The notes beneath the pieces are model-generated. The model did no database searches and was not told the DNA's origin. It was given only the letters and a program-made list of their open reading frames with translations. The position numbers and the translations under genes were made by a program. A DNA stretch of 64,000 nt from Vermamoeba vermiformis (taxonomy: Eukaryota): the NCBI GenBank assembly GCA_045837725.1, contig JBEWZL010000006.1, positions 248,001 to 312,000 of the forward strand, in the 5' to 3' direction. Shown piece by piece: positions 49,936 through 61,221 of the stretch; the stretch's first letter is position 1, and every line of letters begins with the position of its first letter.

Positions 49936-52900
49936 TTACAAAGTTCCGTCGTTCGAAAAAACGACGTTGTCAACGTAATAATTGTTAGTTTGACCACTGT
50001 TTTGACCGATTTGAATAGCCAACAGGGTAGCTGGCGTTGAGATCGAGAACTGACTGACCGGAATGTTGAACGTGTTCCACTTGCCAGGCGTGACTGGGAT
50101 AACTACGGCGGGAAGATGGCTGTTCCAAGTGCCGCTGTAGAGCTGAACTTGTGCCAAATACACGTCCTTCTCGACGTACACTTCGAGGTGCAAGTACTGC
50201 CATGAGGGGCTGATGCTGATGCCAGTGATGTCGATGTGGAACCAAGTGTCAGTGATGGAGCTGAATTTCATCGAGTATGACTCGGAGTTGACAATAGTGG
50301 TCTCGGAGGTCCAAGTGGTCGGCGAAACTAAATTGAAAATTGTTAGCGAAGGGCTGGATAGCGGTGCAGAAATGTTAACGTACTTGTGCTGACAGTGCAG
50401 CCTGAGCACAAAGTGTCACGATAAATGTATTGATAGTTCGTCGTGGCAAAAGCGAAATCATCAATGTAAACAGCGTTTGCTTGCGCGGGTTGTTGCACAG
50501 CGAGCACAATCCAAGTGATCTTCGTGCTCAATTGGAACTGTGACATTTGAATCGTGAAGGTCTTCCACTGACCAGCAGCAAGAGATCCTAACCAGACTGC
50601 GGGCAGTGAACTCGACCATTGACCTTTGTACATTTGCAATTGAAGGCCACTGACAGCTTGCTCGGCGTAGACTGTGATTCTGACAGTTTGGTATTTGGAC
50701 ACGTCGAGGTCACAAGCGAAAAAGTTGATGGTGTACCACGTGTCAGTAAAGCTCGTAATTTTCAGCGAGGTAGATTCTTTGAACTTGAGAGCGGAGGTGA
50801 TTTGGTAAGGTCCTACAAGGATTATTAATTAAAAGCTTTTGAATGACACGTGTCAACTTACTGTCAACCGACCAGCCCACAGCAAAGTTGTCTCTGAAGA
50901 TGTAGTACTCAGCAGCTGTTTGTTGATAGCGATAAGAAGACACAGGGTACAACGGCTGGTTGAAGATAGGAGTGGTGGTTGGGCACGTGATCGTAACACC
51001 GGGTGTCGAGGTGTTGGTTACGAGGACTGACACGCCCAATGGGTAACGGCCATTCGCGTCTCTGCCAGTGATTGCGAGTGCCAATGGAGGTCTGTAGCCG
51101 TTGCGGTCAAGCACGGTCAAATAAGCTTTGTACAAGCCAACAGGGACTGATGCACTTGCCAACTGGAACGAGTTGGTGTAAGTGTACGAGGCCAAGTCAG
51201 GGAAGACGTTAGTGATCTCCAGGACATTCGGCGATCTGTACGTGGTCGAGCTAGTCACGAAGCTACCAGTGCAAGCAGAGACATCGTAAACAGAGTTGCG
51301 CAAACTGCCGCCACATCGTTGAGTAGCGTCACCAACGCATGCAGTCACGCACTGAGTTTCAGCTTGTTTAGCGTACTTTCCGTAAGAATTTCCGCACGTG
51401 CAAGTGTTTCCCGACTGAAGACCTGCGTACTTGTAACCAGCGCTCTTGCAAGTTGATGCGCAAGAGTCAATGGTCATCGAGGCACTCGTTGTCAATGAAC
51501 CAGTCAGATCGCGGCTAGTGCTCACATCAGTCCAGCAGCCAACGTATTTAGCGCAAGTAGGACGAAGTTCGATGACTGTGTTCCAATCGTCGTAGATTCT
51601 GCTCGTGCCTGTGTTCGACATGTTCAAGCCTACGACCATGCAGTTGTCTTGGTCCACGTGTGAAGACAATTGGATCGAGTTGACTGCAGCAACAAATCCG
51701 ATGATCTTGCCGAGTTGTGCGAGATCAGCGAGCTGTTGTGAAGTGTAGCCACTGCTGGTGTAAGGAATATTTCCGTTGCCAATAGTCGAGAAGTGGTAGT
51801 CACGTGCTTCACGTTGAGCTTCAGCAAAGTTGTACGTGGTAGGATCGCCTGACGCGGTGAACTCAGCGAATGAAGGCGCAGTTCTGTAGCGGTACTGACC
51901 GAGTGGCCAGAATCGTGAGTTGTCCCAGTTCCAAATTTCTGAAAACACGTCGTTTCTGATACCAACTTTCTGTGACTTTTGAAGGGCGTAACAAATACCG
52001 TCATCATCATTCGTGTTGATCGTGAAGTATTTGCTGGGGAACGCGTTGACAACGATGTCAATGTAGGCTTGTTTCGTGGCCAAAGAAGCACCAGGGTCGT
52101 TAGTGCAGACAGACGAAGGGTGCCACTCGCCATAGTCACCAATCATGCCAATATCGATCCATCCCAAGCGAGAGTCGTTGCCGTATCTGTTCGAGAGGGC
52201 GTTCCAAAGTGCTTGGGCTCGTTGTCTCATGAAAGTATCTTCCCAGTTAGGTACATAAGTGTCAAGTGCACCGTTGCCGTCAGCATCGCAGTTGAGTGCG
52301 CCACCTTGGCTTTGGAAGATGTAGTTGGGCAGACCAACTCCTTTAGCCCAAGTGTCGAGAATCATAATTCTGAAACCAAACTTGCCGCCGTTAGTAGCGG
52401 CCTTGGCGAGTTCGTTGTCGATGGCAGTCCAGCTGTAGACGCCTTGTGAAGTCTCAATTTCCTTCCAAGCGTATCTTGTGTATGAATCCTTGTAAGGACC
52501 AACGGACTGGCTGATGACAGTGTAGTCCGAGCCGAGCCAGTTGTAGAAGCCGCGGTAAGGGTTCGCTTGAATGGTGGAGAGGGCGGTGGGACGGACAGTC
52601 ACTTCAGCGTCCATCACTGAGCGCTTGACATCGTCGTCTTCAGCCTCAACCTGCACACTAACAACTAGACGGCAAGTGTAAGTATTGGCTGCGTTAAGTA
52701 TATGAACGTGTTGCCTTACCTGAGCAGTCTTGGCCTGAGAAACCAGTGTTGCACGTGCATTGACCTGTCAACTGATCACAGATGCCACCAGCACTGCAGT
52801 CGTTCGGGCAGTAAACTTAGCTATTGCCTGCCAAGCTGACCGACACTTGACCAAAAGCGAATTGATACGGCACGTAAACGTGAACATCAGCGCGGATGCA

Positions 52901-53569
52901 GCTTTCGTCTTTGGTGTTGACGCGCACAGCCAACGAACACAACAGCAACACGGCAAAGACCCATCGCAAGGAGGCCTTGTTGATGAAGAGCATTGAAGGG
53001 AGCAAAGTAGCAAGTGTCAAGTTGAGCAAAAGTGATGTAAATGATTGACGTGACGTTGCTGCGGAAATCTGTTTCAGTGAACGATGAGCTACTGAAGTTG
53101 CACAAAATATGTGAACTACAAGTAACTTACCTCTTGAGTATTAGCATCAATAAGAAGAGACAATCCGTCAACGTGTGCAAGGGATAATGACACGGGATCT
53201 GATTGATCTGCTGAAGAGCTGATCTGCACCACAAAGGTTACGTTGGCGGTGGATCCTGCTCGGAAGTAAACGTTTCCCTGTTAAAAATAATTAGATGCTT
53301 GTAAATGGGGTAAAACAAACACATAAATTGCAAATATCTTTGATCCGATTCTGGCAATCGCCATAATTTGGTGTAAACAATAAGGAAACAATCTATGAAG
53401 TATATAATGCGTTTTAAGTACTTACCGGGATCCGAGACAATACGTTCAAATTAGTGCCAGAAACCACTCGAGCCTCCAAGATTTTCTGCGTCACCACATT
53501 GCACGATGACACGGCGTAGACTACGCAACAAATACTCGCTAATAGCGCGAGAACCAATGAATGTCTCAT
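49936..53569 (-). CDS. Secreted modular carbohydrate-active protein: signal peptide, EGF-like module, GH-A-like (GH42/DUF4832-type) domain, WSC domain, two CBM-like repeats; contains an in-frame TAA (possible pseudogene or assembly error)
   Basis: MRHSLVLALLASICCVVYA; CPNDCSAGGICDQLTGQCTCNTGFSGQDCS; NPYRGFYNW, RYAWKEIETSQGVYSW, DIGMIGDYGEWH; WSC YVGCWTD...CASTCKSAGYKYAGLQSGNTCTCG; two similar beta-sandwich repeats ending VYIDDFAF and YYVDNVVF. TAA at 52819-52817. Confidence 0.8.
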
Positions 53570-53819
53570 TTGGTGTTGCTTAATGAAAGTGAAATGAAAA
53601 AACACTGTAAACTCAGAACCGCTTTATATTGACGGCCTGTCAAATCAACGCAGTGTCACTTGTCAAGCTTTAATTGCGCGGCTGTGGAATGATTAATTAA
53701 TCAATCCTAATTGAAGTGTCGCGAGTTACTTACTTGGGCGGATAAATGACAGTTAATGTACGCATTGATGGCAAGTTATGTAGTTATTGTTGCTTATACT
53801 GTTGAATGTAGAAATGTCA

Positions 53820-55545
53820 TTAATGTGACTCTTTCAAGCGCTGCAGAAATACGGATCCAAGATCGCGTGAGACTCCGGGGATTTTCAAGTGCCCGAAGAC
53901 ATTGGCCCAGATCTCCAGCGGCAAAATAAACGAAGCAGGTTTTGATGTTATCATTGCGATAATCAAAATAGTTCTTCTAATAGCCTCTTTTTGTCGTTCT
54001 TTGTTACTCTTGAGAGCTTTTGATACCATTGGAAATTCTATGTACGCAATTTTTGTGATACTTTGATTGGCGTGCAGTAGCTGAACAAGTTCATTTTCCA
54101 GCTGCAAACTAGTCAATTGTGATGTCGGCAACGAGTGGTTTTGGACGCCTAAGTCAAGGCACGTGATAGACGCATTTGACCGTAGTGCCGAGCAAAGCGT
54201 TATGACTGTCAATGCTGAAGCCGTTCTAATTGCAAGACGACGTAGTGTTGAGTTGAATAACACTCCATCTGAAATATCTCGCACAAAATGTTCGTTGGAG
54301 AATTGACTGATTGTCTTCACGCTCAATGAAGTTATGCCCTCGTTCTTCGTTATCAATTGATTCAATGCGCTGCCGTTGAGCATTATTGATTGGTAATTCA
54401 AGTCTAAGGAGGTAAGCGTAGTGTTGTTAATAAGGTCCTGACATATCTTCGTGCCAGTGAGTCGATTGGAGGCGAGTGACAGGTGCTTCAATGAAGTATT
54501 TTGATCGAGTTGAAAATAATGACTGTCTTCTTCTAGCACACCACAATCGCTCAAATTCAACGACGTGAGCGTGCTATTCACTTTCAATACGTCACCAATA
54601 AGCTGCATTTTGATTCGTGAATTGGACAGATCCAGTTTCGTGATCGAGGTGTTCTGTTTGAGTGACTCGGCAATGGTTGGTAATGCTGAAATATTCGTTC
54701 GACTCACAGTCAATGCTTTTAATCGACCGTGAGCTATGATTGCAGCTAGAGCGTCCATGTCTGATTGGGATAATTGACACGCGACAATTGCCAATGAAGA
54801 CACTTGCTCGTTAGTTCTAAGAGCCTGTTCCAAGTACGTCAACTGCAAGCCAGATTCGTGGTTGATTTCCAAATTTGTGATGCTCTTGTTGATTTGCAGT
54901 GCCTCACAGAGCAAGATCCACTCGTGTGCAGAAATGTCAGCTTCGTCCAACACAAGTCTTCGTACACCACGTGACGTATTTAGACCGCTGCAAAACTCTT
55001 TAATGTCGCCTGTTTGTGGCTTGTAGTTCAAGTATTGAAAGCGCAACGTGATTTCTTGAATTTTTGTGTTTTGTTGGATGGCGCGTGCGATTGTTGGGAG
55101 GACCGTAGTACTCATACATGTCACAGATCTGATCGTTTTGTTGTTGACAAGACACGAGTATAATATTTTCAGCGATTTTGGTGTCCAAGCGCGCCGTAGA
55201 AAACAGACATTTCGAATTGAAGTGTCGTGCTCGAGCGCATCTAGCATGTACTTCGTTCCTCGTATAGTTATATCGGGCAAAGAGAGTGTACGAAAAGCAT
55301 TTGCAGCAAATCTGAATTTTCTTTTGGCTAGAATGGCGTCTTGGAGTTCTTCGGTGTCATTAACCAAAATTATCTAAAATACGGCAATTAATTCCAAAAA
55401 TATGAGCGTTATAAATTAATGCTAACTATTTACTTAATAAATATTCTAGAACACTTACTGATTTTTTGCTAAGCTTTTTAAACTCTTTCACCTTTTTTCG
55501 GTCCGAAACAGCGTATTTCGAGCCCCAAGTCGGAATACGAAACAT
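53820..55545 (-). CDS. RI-like (NLRC3-type) LRR protein with a C-terminal F-box-like motif
   Basis: Repeats LKQNTSITKLDLSNSRI, LKVNSTLTSLNLSDCGV, LDQNTSLKHLSLASNRL; C-terminal FILPLEIWANVFGHL; short first exon MFRIPTWGSK...KKS. Confidence 0.8.
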
Positions 55546-55736
55546 GACTCTTTACGTGACAGTAGCGATAGTGAAAACATTAATAAAAAAAATTGCGAAG
55601 TGGCGTGACGTGTGTTGCGCACGAAGTTTCGATAATTTTTATTCTTCCTCCCAATTCCAAACTTTAGGAAGCATGCACAAATGAACCCATATAAACAATC
55701 CATGGACTGATGCGTAGTTAGCATAGGAATATTAAA

Positions 55737-57340
55737 ATGGCTCGGTTTTCTTTTCCGTCTTACGCCTGGTGGAAAACGTTTATCGAGGAGAAGTACGAGG
55801 GGACTACCAGCATGCCAAATAGCGATGTAATTCAACACATACACTCGTTTATTCCAAATAATAGTGCTGTAGTAATTGGTAAGCCTCACATTCAATCCGA
55901 AAAATCGATCTTTATTCAAAAATGTTTGTTTATTTAACTTAATAATTATTACATGTAATCCTACCTGTACGATATAAAATTGTGAAAAGATTTAATTGAG
56001 ATATTTTTAGACACGGGATCGGGATTTTTGAAAGCTGGATTCGCCTCCGATAATGCACCTCGTCTCGTATTACCAAATAATTCGTAAATATAAATATATG
56101 GCAATTTTATGGTACTAATCTTAATCAAAACGCAGGTCGCTGTTGGATCCAGCAAATTTCGATTCTCCAACTCGCGCGATGAAGTCAAACCACGTCGAAG
56201 ATTGGGATTTGATGCAAAGTATATGGCAAAATGTTATTTGCGAGCATATGAGCGTGGATGCTAGCTGTAATGCATTCTTACTGTCGCACTCGAGGTAAGA
56301 TTTTTCTTGATCAAACCTTGATCTGAGTTTTCTTTACTTATTTATTTAGTTTTGCAAGCGATTCTGATATCAATAAGATCAAAGAAATATTTTTCGAAGT
56401 ATTTCGTGTTCCCGCACTATTACTAGCCGATGAATCGTTGCTAGTGATGTCCCTCGCTGAAAAGCAAACTGGTAAGCGCGAATAGCCCTAAACTATCGTT
56501 CTGACGTTTAAATAGGACTTGTGTGCAATATTGGATATGATTGTAGCACTGTAGTGCCTATTATAGACGGTAAGTTCTTCCTCGATCTGAAGTTATTTGT
56601 GTTAAATCAGTTCATTTAAAGGCCAGCCCATAGTCGATACTGCCAATATTTTATCAGTTGGAGGAAAGACTATTAGCGATACTTTGGCGCAATCAATAAT
56701 CAATGAAGCGCCAGATCTGCAGGTTACAAACGAGCTTATCGAGGAATTAAAACTCAACTTTCTTAAAATTAACAAACTAGAATAGTACGTGCCTCAATAT
56801 TATTATAACGTTTATTTAATCAATATATTTAGTCAAAGCAGTCGCAACAATCTTCAGTATCATTACCGAGGCCAACAGTACGCAGCAGATCTGTTCGAGT
56901 ACGCAGCCGAAGCACTAATCCAGCCTTACTTTGCTAACGTGAACTCACATGGCATTCATTACACGATCTTTACCTGCTATCAAAAGTTCAAGAAGCAAGC
57001 ACCTGAGATCCGGAACGTTTTGCTGACAGGAGCCTCGTCTTTGATTCCGAGTATGTAGCCGCGAAACTAACTATGGAACTACTTGCTAATAATATGGCTG
57101 CACATGATAGATCTGACTGACAGAATTCGACGAGAGCTGACGTACTTGTCCATGCACGCGCCGTTTCAATTGACCAGCTTCAATTCACCGCACATTGTCT
57201 GGCACGCTGGTGCTGCTTTAGCTGCACACGAAGACTTTGCGCAGTTGTGGACTACGAGACAGGTAATACAGTGCAAATCAAATCGATTTATTGACAACCG
57301 AGTTATCATGCAGGACTATGAAGACAGTAGAAGCTATTAG
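55737..57340 (+). CDS. Divergent actin-related protein, multi-exon
   Basis: AVVI|DTGSGFLKAGFASDNAPR, VEDWDLMQSIWQ, IKEIFFEVFRVPAL, TGLVCNIGYDCSTVVPIIDG, VGGKTI, NVLLTGASSLIP, VWHAGAALA...WTTRQ|DYED. Confidence 0.88.
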
Positions 57341-57342
57341 AC

Positions 57343-58547
57343 CTAAATGAGATAACCAGTCTCGCGCTCCTTGTGGCACCATGCCTGTTGTCTACACTTG
57401 ACTATGACACCTGCGTGGATGGTAAGGTGCAACTCTACAATTTGGTGGAAAGCGAAGACTCTTTCACACTTTGAATCATCGCAACACAGTAGACTCTTGC
57501 GACCCGACACTCTGGCCATTATCATTACAACAAAATTTCCAGTGACGGGAGCTTGCTTATCGCTAACTCTCCACACTACTCGAAAGTCCTTGGATTTGGT
57601 GCTGAATGCTTCTATGGCTATTTCATCATTGTCGAAAGAATTCATCTCCTCCCAACTGCACAATTTTCCATCGGATCCATAGTGGCACATCTCAACTTGC
57701 CAGCGGTGCATACTCAGGTAATGCGCTTCTACTAATTCTGTATTTACAGCCCGTTTTGGGTTGGTGTTTCTGACCTTTGAATTGAAAAATTAGAAGTTGC
57801 ACGTATAACTGATGATTACAACCTTATTAAGAAATCCCTCAGGAACTCTCACAGTCAAGCTCCGTGTATTGTGCCAGTAGTCGAAGGTCGTTTCAAAGAA
57901 GGCACGCGGGCTCTGTTGAGCGGAACTCGTATCTGACCTTTCAAGCGTCTCAGCTCCGGATTGGTTTGCGCGATGTTTTTCGGTATGTGGTGCATGCTCC
58001 AACGGAACGTAGTCCAGATTCCTGACGTGCAGAACAGGGACTCGCAAGTCGAAACTGGTGATGAACCACATAGGGTTACGAGGTTCAAAACCACGAGTAG
58101 ATGTAATGCCCCAATGCGCGTGAATTAGAAGATTGATGCAGCTTCCCATGGTGTCGCTCTCCAGCTTAGTTTCGGTTCCCACTTGCACTGCGATAAAGCA
58201 TTTTTTCTGCTTATGGTAACTTGAGTCAATCTGAAGCGTAGTAGGACGAGCCATATAACGTAAAGCAGCGTCTGAAACAGTTGTAAATATTATGTACTTA
58301 AATTATTAGCCGCTGCTATACCTGGTTTGATAGAGTATTTTTTGCCAGTTTCCAGCTCCATGACAGTGTGCAGTGTTCCTGGTCCTTGTTGGTCGACATT
58401 CACTTCCTCAAAAAAGAAATTCGAATTATGAAGATTGAGCGAGGTACGGATCAAAGCCAAGCGACTCTCAGCAGAGTCTCCCGGAAAAAAATATAAATAA
58501 TGATCAGAATTATTCCAGATTAATGTAACATAATTCATTGGTTGCAT
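57343..58547 (-). CDS. Hypothetical protein (three exons)
   Basis: ORFs 58547-58290, 58254-57790 and 57711-57343 are separated by short AT-rich GT-AG segments. No domain recognised. Confidence 0.55.
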
Positions 58548-58772
58548 TTTGGTGCAGCAAGAATGTATTAATAATTAAAAATGACGGTATTTTATTCGCA
58601 CAATTATACCGGATTTCCCGAGTATTTCGGTTTAAAATAAAGGGAAAAGCGCTTCACAATTTCTCTCGTATTTACAAATTAGTACATTGGAATTGATTTC
58701 ATTAACCTCTTTTAAGGCTGGGACGTTTCGTTATAATAAAATGTTTCCGTAAATCAGTAATAGACATCTTGT

Positions 58773-60921
58773 TTATACAACGTTTTGTCCGAGGATGATT
58801 AAATAATACAAGTCGATGAATATTTGTGCAGCAGAGAACAGTCCAACCGAGATTAATAAAATTAAAACTGCTACTTTCCAGTTGCTAATAAAGCCCTGCG
58901 GGAACAAATTGACGAATGAAGTTGGCTTGCCAAAGTCCTTTGTAGCCACATATTGCGCCTTGAAGTATATAATTAACGGGAATACGAATGCTGTAACGCC
59001 CGTAAATAGTAAAGAGCACCAGGCGAGCAGATCCGCAAAAGTTTGACCAGCGTTGAATAACCATGCCAAAGTCCACGGCAAAACATTCTAATCAAAAATA
59101 AAATTAATAAAAATTATAATTAGCGTTAATTATTGCATTTCTTCGCTTACGCCAAAAAATACGCTAGTTTTTCTACCACAAACTCGACCCGTGTACAAAT
59201 TATTACGGACAGTAATGCACATCACAGGAATACCTAGTATTTGATCATATGTTAATACGAGTATACTGTATTATATTGTTAGAGACGTACTCGATGAAAT
59301 AACGGCGAATGTGTACAAATAAGTCGTGATCCGCGTCAAAGGTCCACTCAGCGATAAATACTGCAATAAATCATCGCTGTCGAGCTTAGGATAGCACCAA
59401 GCACCCAACAGACCAATTGCCAAGTTGCAAAAGAATGAAACTCCTGCAGCAGCCCACAACACTTTGCTAATCGACACCTCTTCTTTTTTCTCGTTGATCC
59501 ACGAGGGCACCTATCAAAAAAATATCAATACAACTTTCTTATCATAAAATTATTAAGCATTCTACTATATTTCTAGGCTTAACTTAAAATTAATAGCATT
59601 TTTACGTAAATAGAATATCGGTACCGAGATCCGATCATAATTTGGGTGTACGTACCAGTGAAGTGTAGGCAAGTGTAAATATGAATATACCAATCACTTG
59701 CGTGTATTCAGTACCCACAATAGGAACAGCATCAAAGTGCAGTCCTTTGTGCAAGTAATGATATATGAACTCGATCACGCCCAAGAACATCAATACGACT
59801 GATACGTATTGTGCCTTAATATTCGACTTTAAGTTCATGAATCCTAACGGCAAAAATACCGCCTAAATAGAATATAAAAAAATTAATGTTGTTACAAAAA
59901 AATTGGTTTTTAATCTAAAACTTGTTTATGGTTATTTTGTGGCAAATTTTTGTTACTTACTACTAATAGGACGTATCCTAAAGAAATAGCCAGATAAATG
60001 GTGTTGCCGTAGAATTTGACTGCGTCGTTTGTCTCAATGAAGGCAAACGAAGGGTAAAATTGAACGAAGAATGTCTTCTTGAAGATGAAAATGAGCAAAC
60101 TATCCACTTGCTAATAATAATAATATTAGTACCATATCCAACGTACCGTAACAGATTTCCGTTTAGGAAAATTCATTAAAAGTTAAATTACCTGAGCGGA
60201 CACTCGAATGCTAGCCAAATTGCTACTGCTTAAATTAGCAGCTAACATAATTTGAAATACATAATAGGCCTTTTTTCCGAAATAATATTCAACCAAGTTG
60301 ACAAACTCGATCCGTCGTTGATATTTATCGTTTCCTGGGATGAGTGCCATCGCTTCTGCCACTAAAAGTGGACATACTGTCGATATTAATGTGAAGTACA
60401 CTAAGAACAGTGTAGTAGGAACCAAGCCAACTAAAAGATCCAAGATCAGCGTCGTTTAGAAAAGTAAGAGCAAAAATCACATTAATTCTCGTTTTTATTG
60501 AAATTTACTCTTAAAAATTAAAGTGAATTAAATGACTAGATTAAAAAATCTATGACGAGCAATATGGTGATAATTACCTTGCTGATAAACGATCGGGATC
60601 GCCAGAACTCCGTAACCGTAGCTTTGAATCAGTACATATACAAATGAATCTAGGGCACCAATATTTTTTTCCTAATGATGATCATTAGATTTTGCGATTT
60701 TAATGGATTTTCTTTGTTCCGACATCTAATCTAAATTGCACATTCGATACAATAAGTTGATTATCACGATAAATCTGCTGTAAAAATTTTAAATAGGTAT
60801 TTTAATGCGAAAATACCTCCGATTTTTGGGTTCGATTATTTAGCTCGCGTAGATCACGCCGTCCGCCTGGAGCATTGATCGCGACGTTCGCAAGCAAAGG
60901 CGACTCTTCACTAAGCGACAT
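58773..60921 (-). CDS. Amino acid transporter (Aa_trans/AAAP family), probably lysosomal/vacuolar
   Basis: MSLSEESPLL (acidic dileucine), NIGALDSFVYVLIQSYGYGVLAIPIVYQQ, EAMALIPGN...RIEF, PSWINEK, about 11 hydrophobic segments, FVFPLIIY. Confidence 0.88.
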
Positions 60922-61221
60922 TTAAATACTCGTCGTAGTCTCCAATGAATTGCATGTAACAAAGTGGTGTAAATGATTTCTGCGCGAAAAAGGGACCAAA
61001 AACGGTCAGAATCCGAAATACAAATAATGTTCGCCGGATAACGTTATTCTTCATTAGCTTCGTATACATGTTATACATGTACATAGTGTAATTAAGGTAA
61101 ATACTACGATACTTCTTTGATACAACCCACAGCACACTTCAAACAGATTCACGAATGATCTGTATATAAATTAACATGCTTACTAATCCTTATTTAAACA
61201 GCAATAAACAATCAATACACG

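Noticed and set aside
52817-52819. Stop-codon reassignment (TAA=Gln) as explanation for the in-frame TAA
   Set aside because: Many conserved genes here (V-ATPase a, purF, purH, Pif1) terminate at TAA at the expected position.
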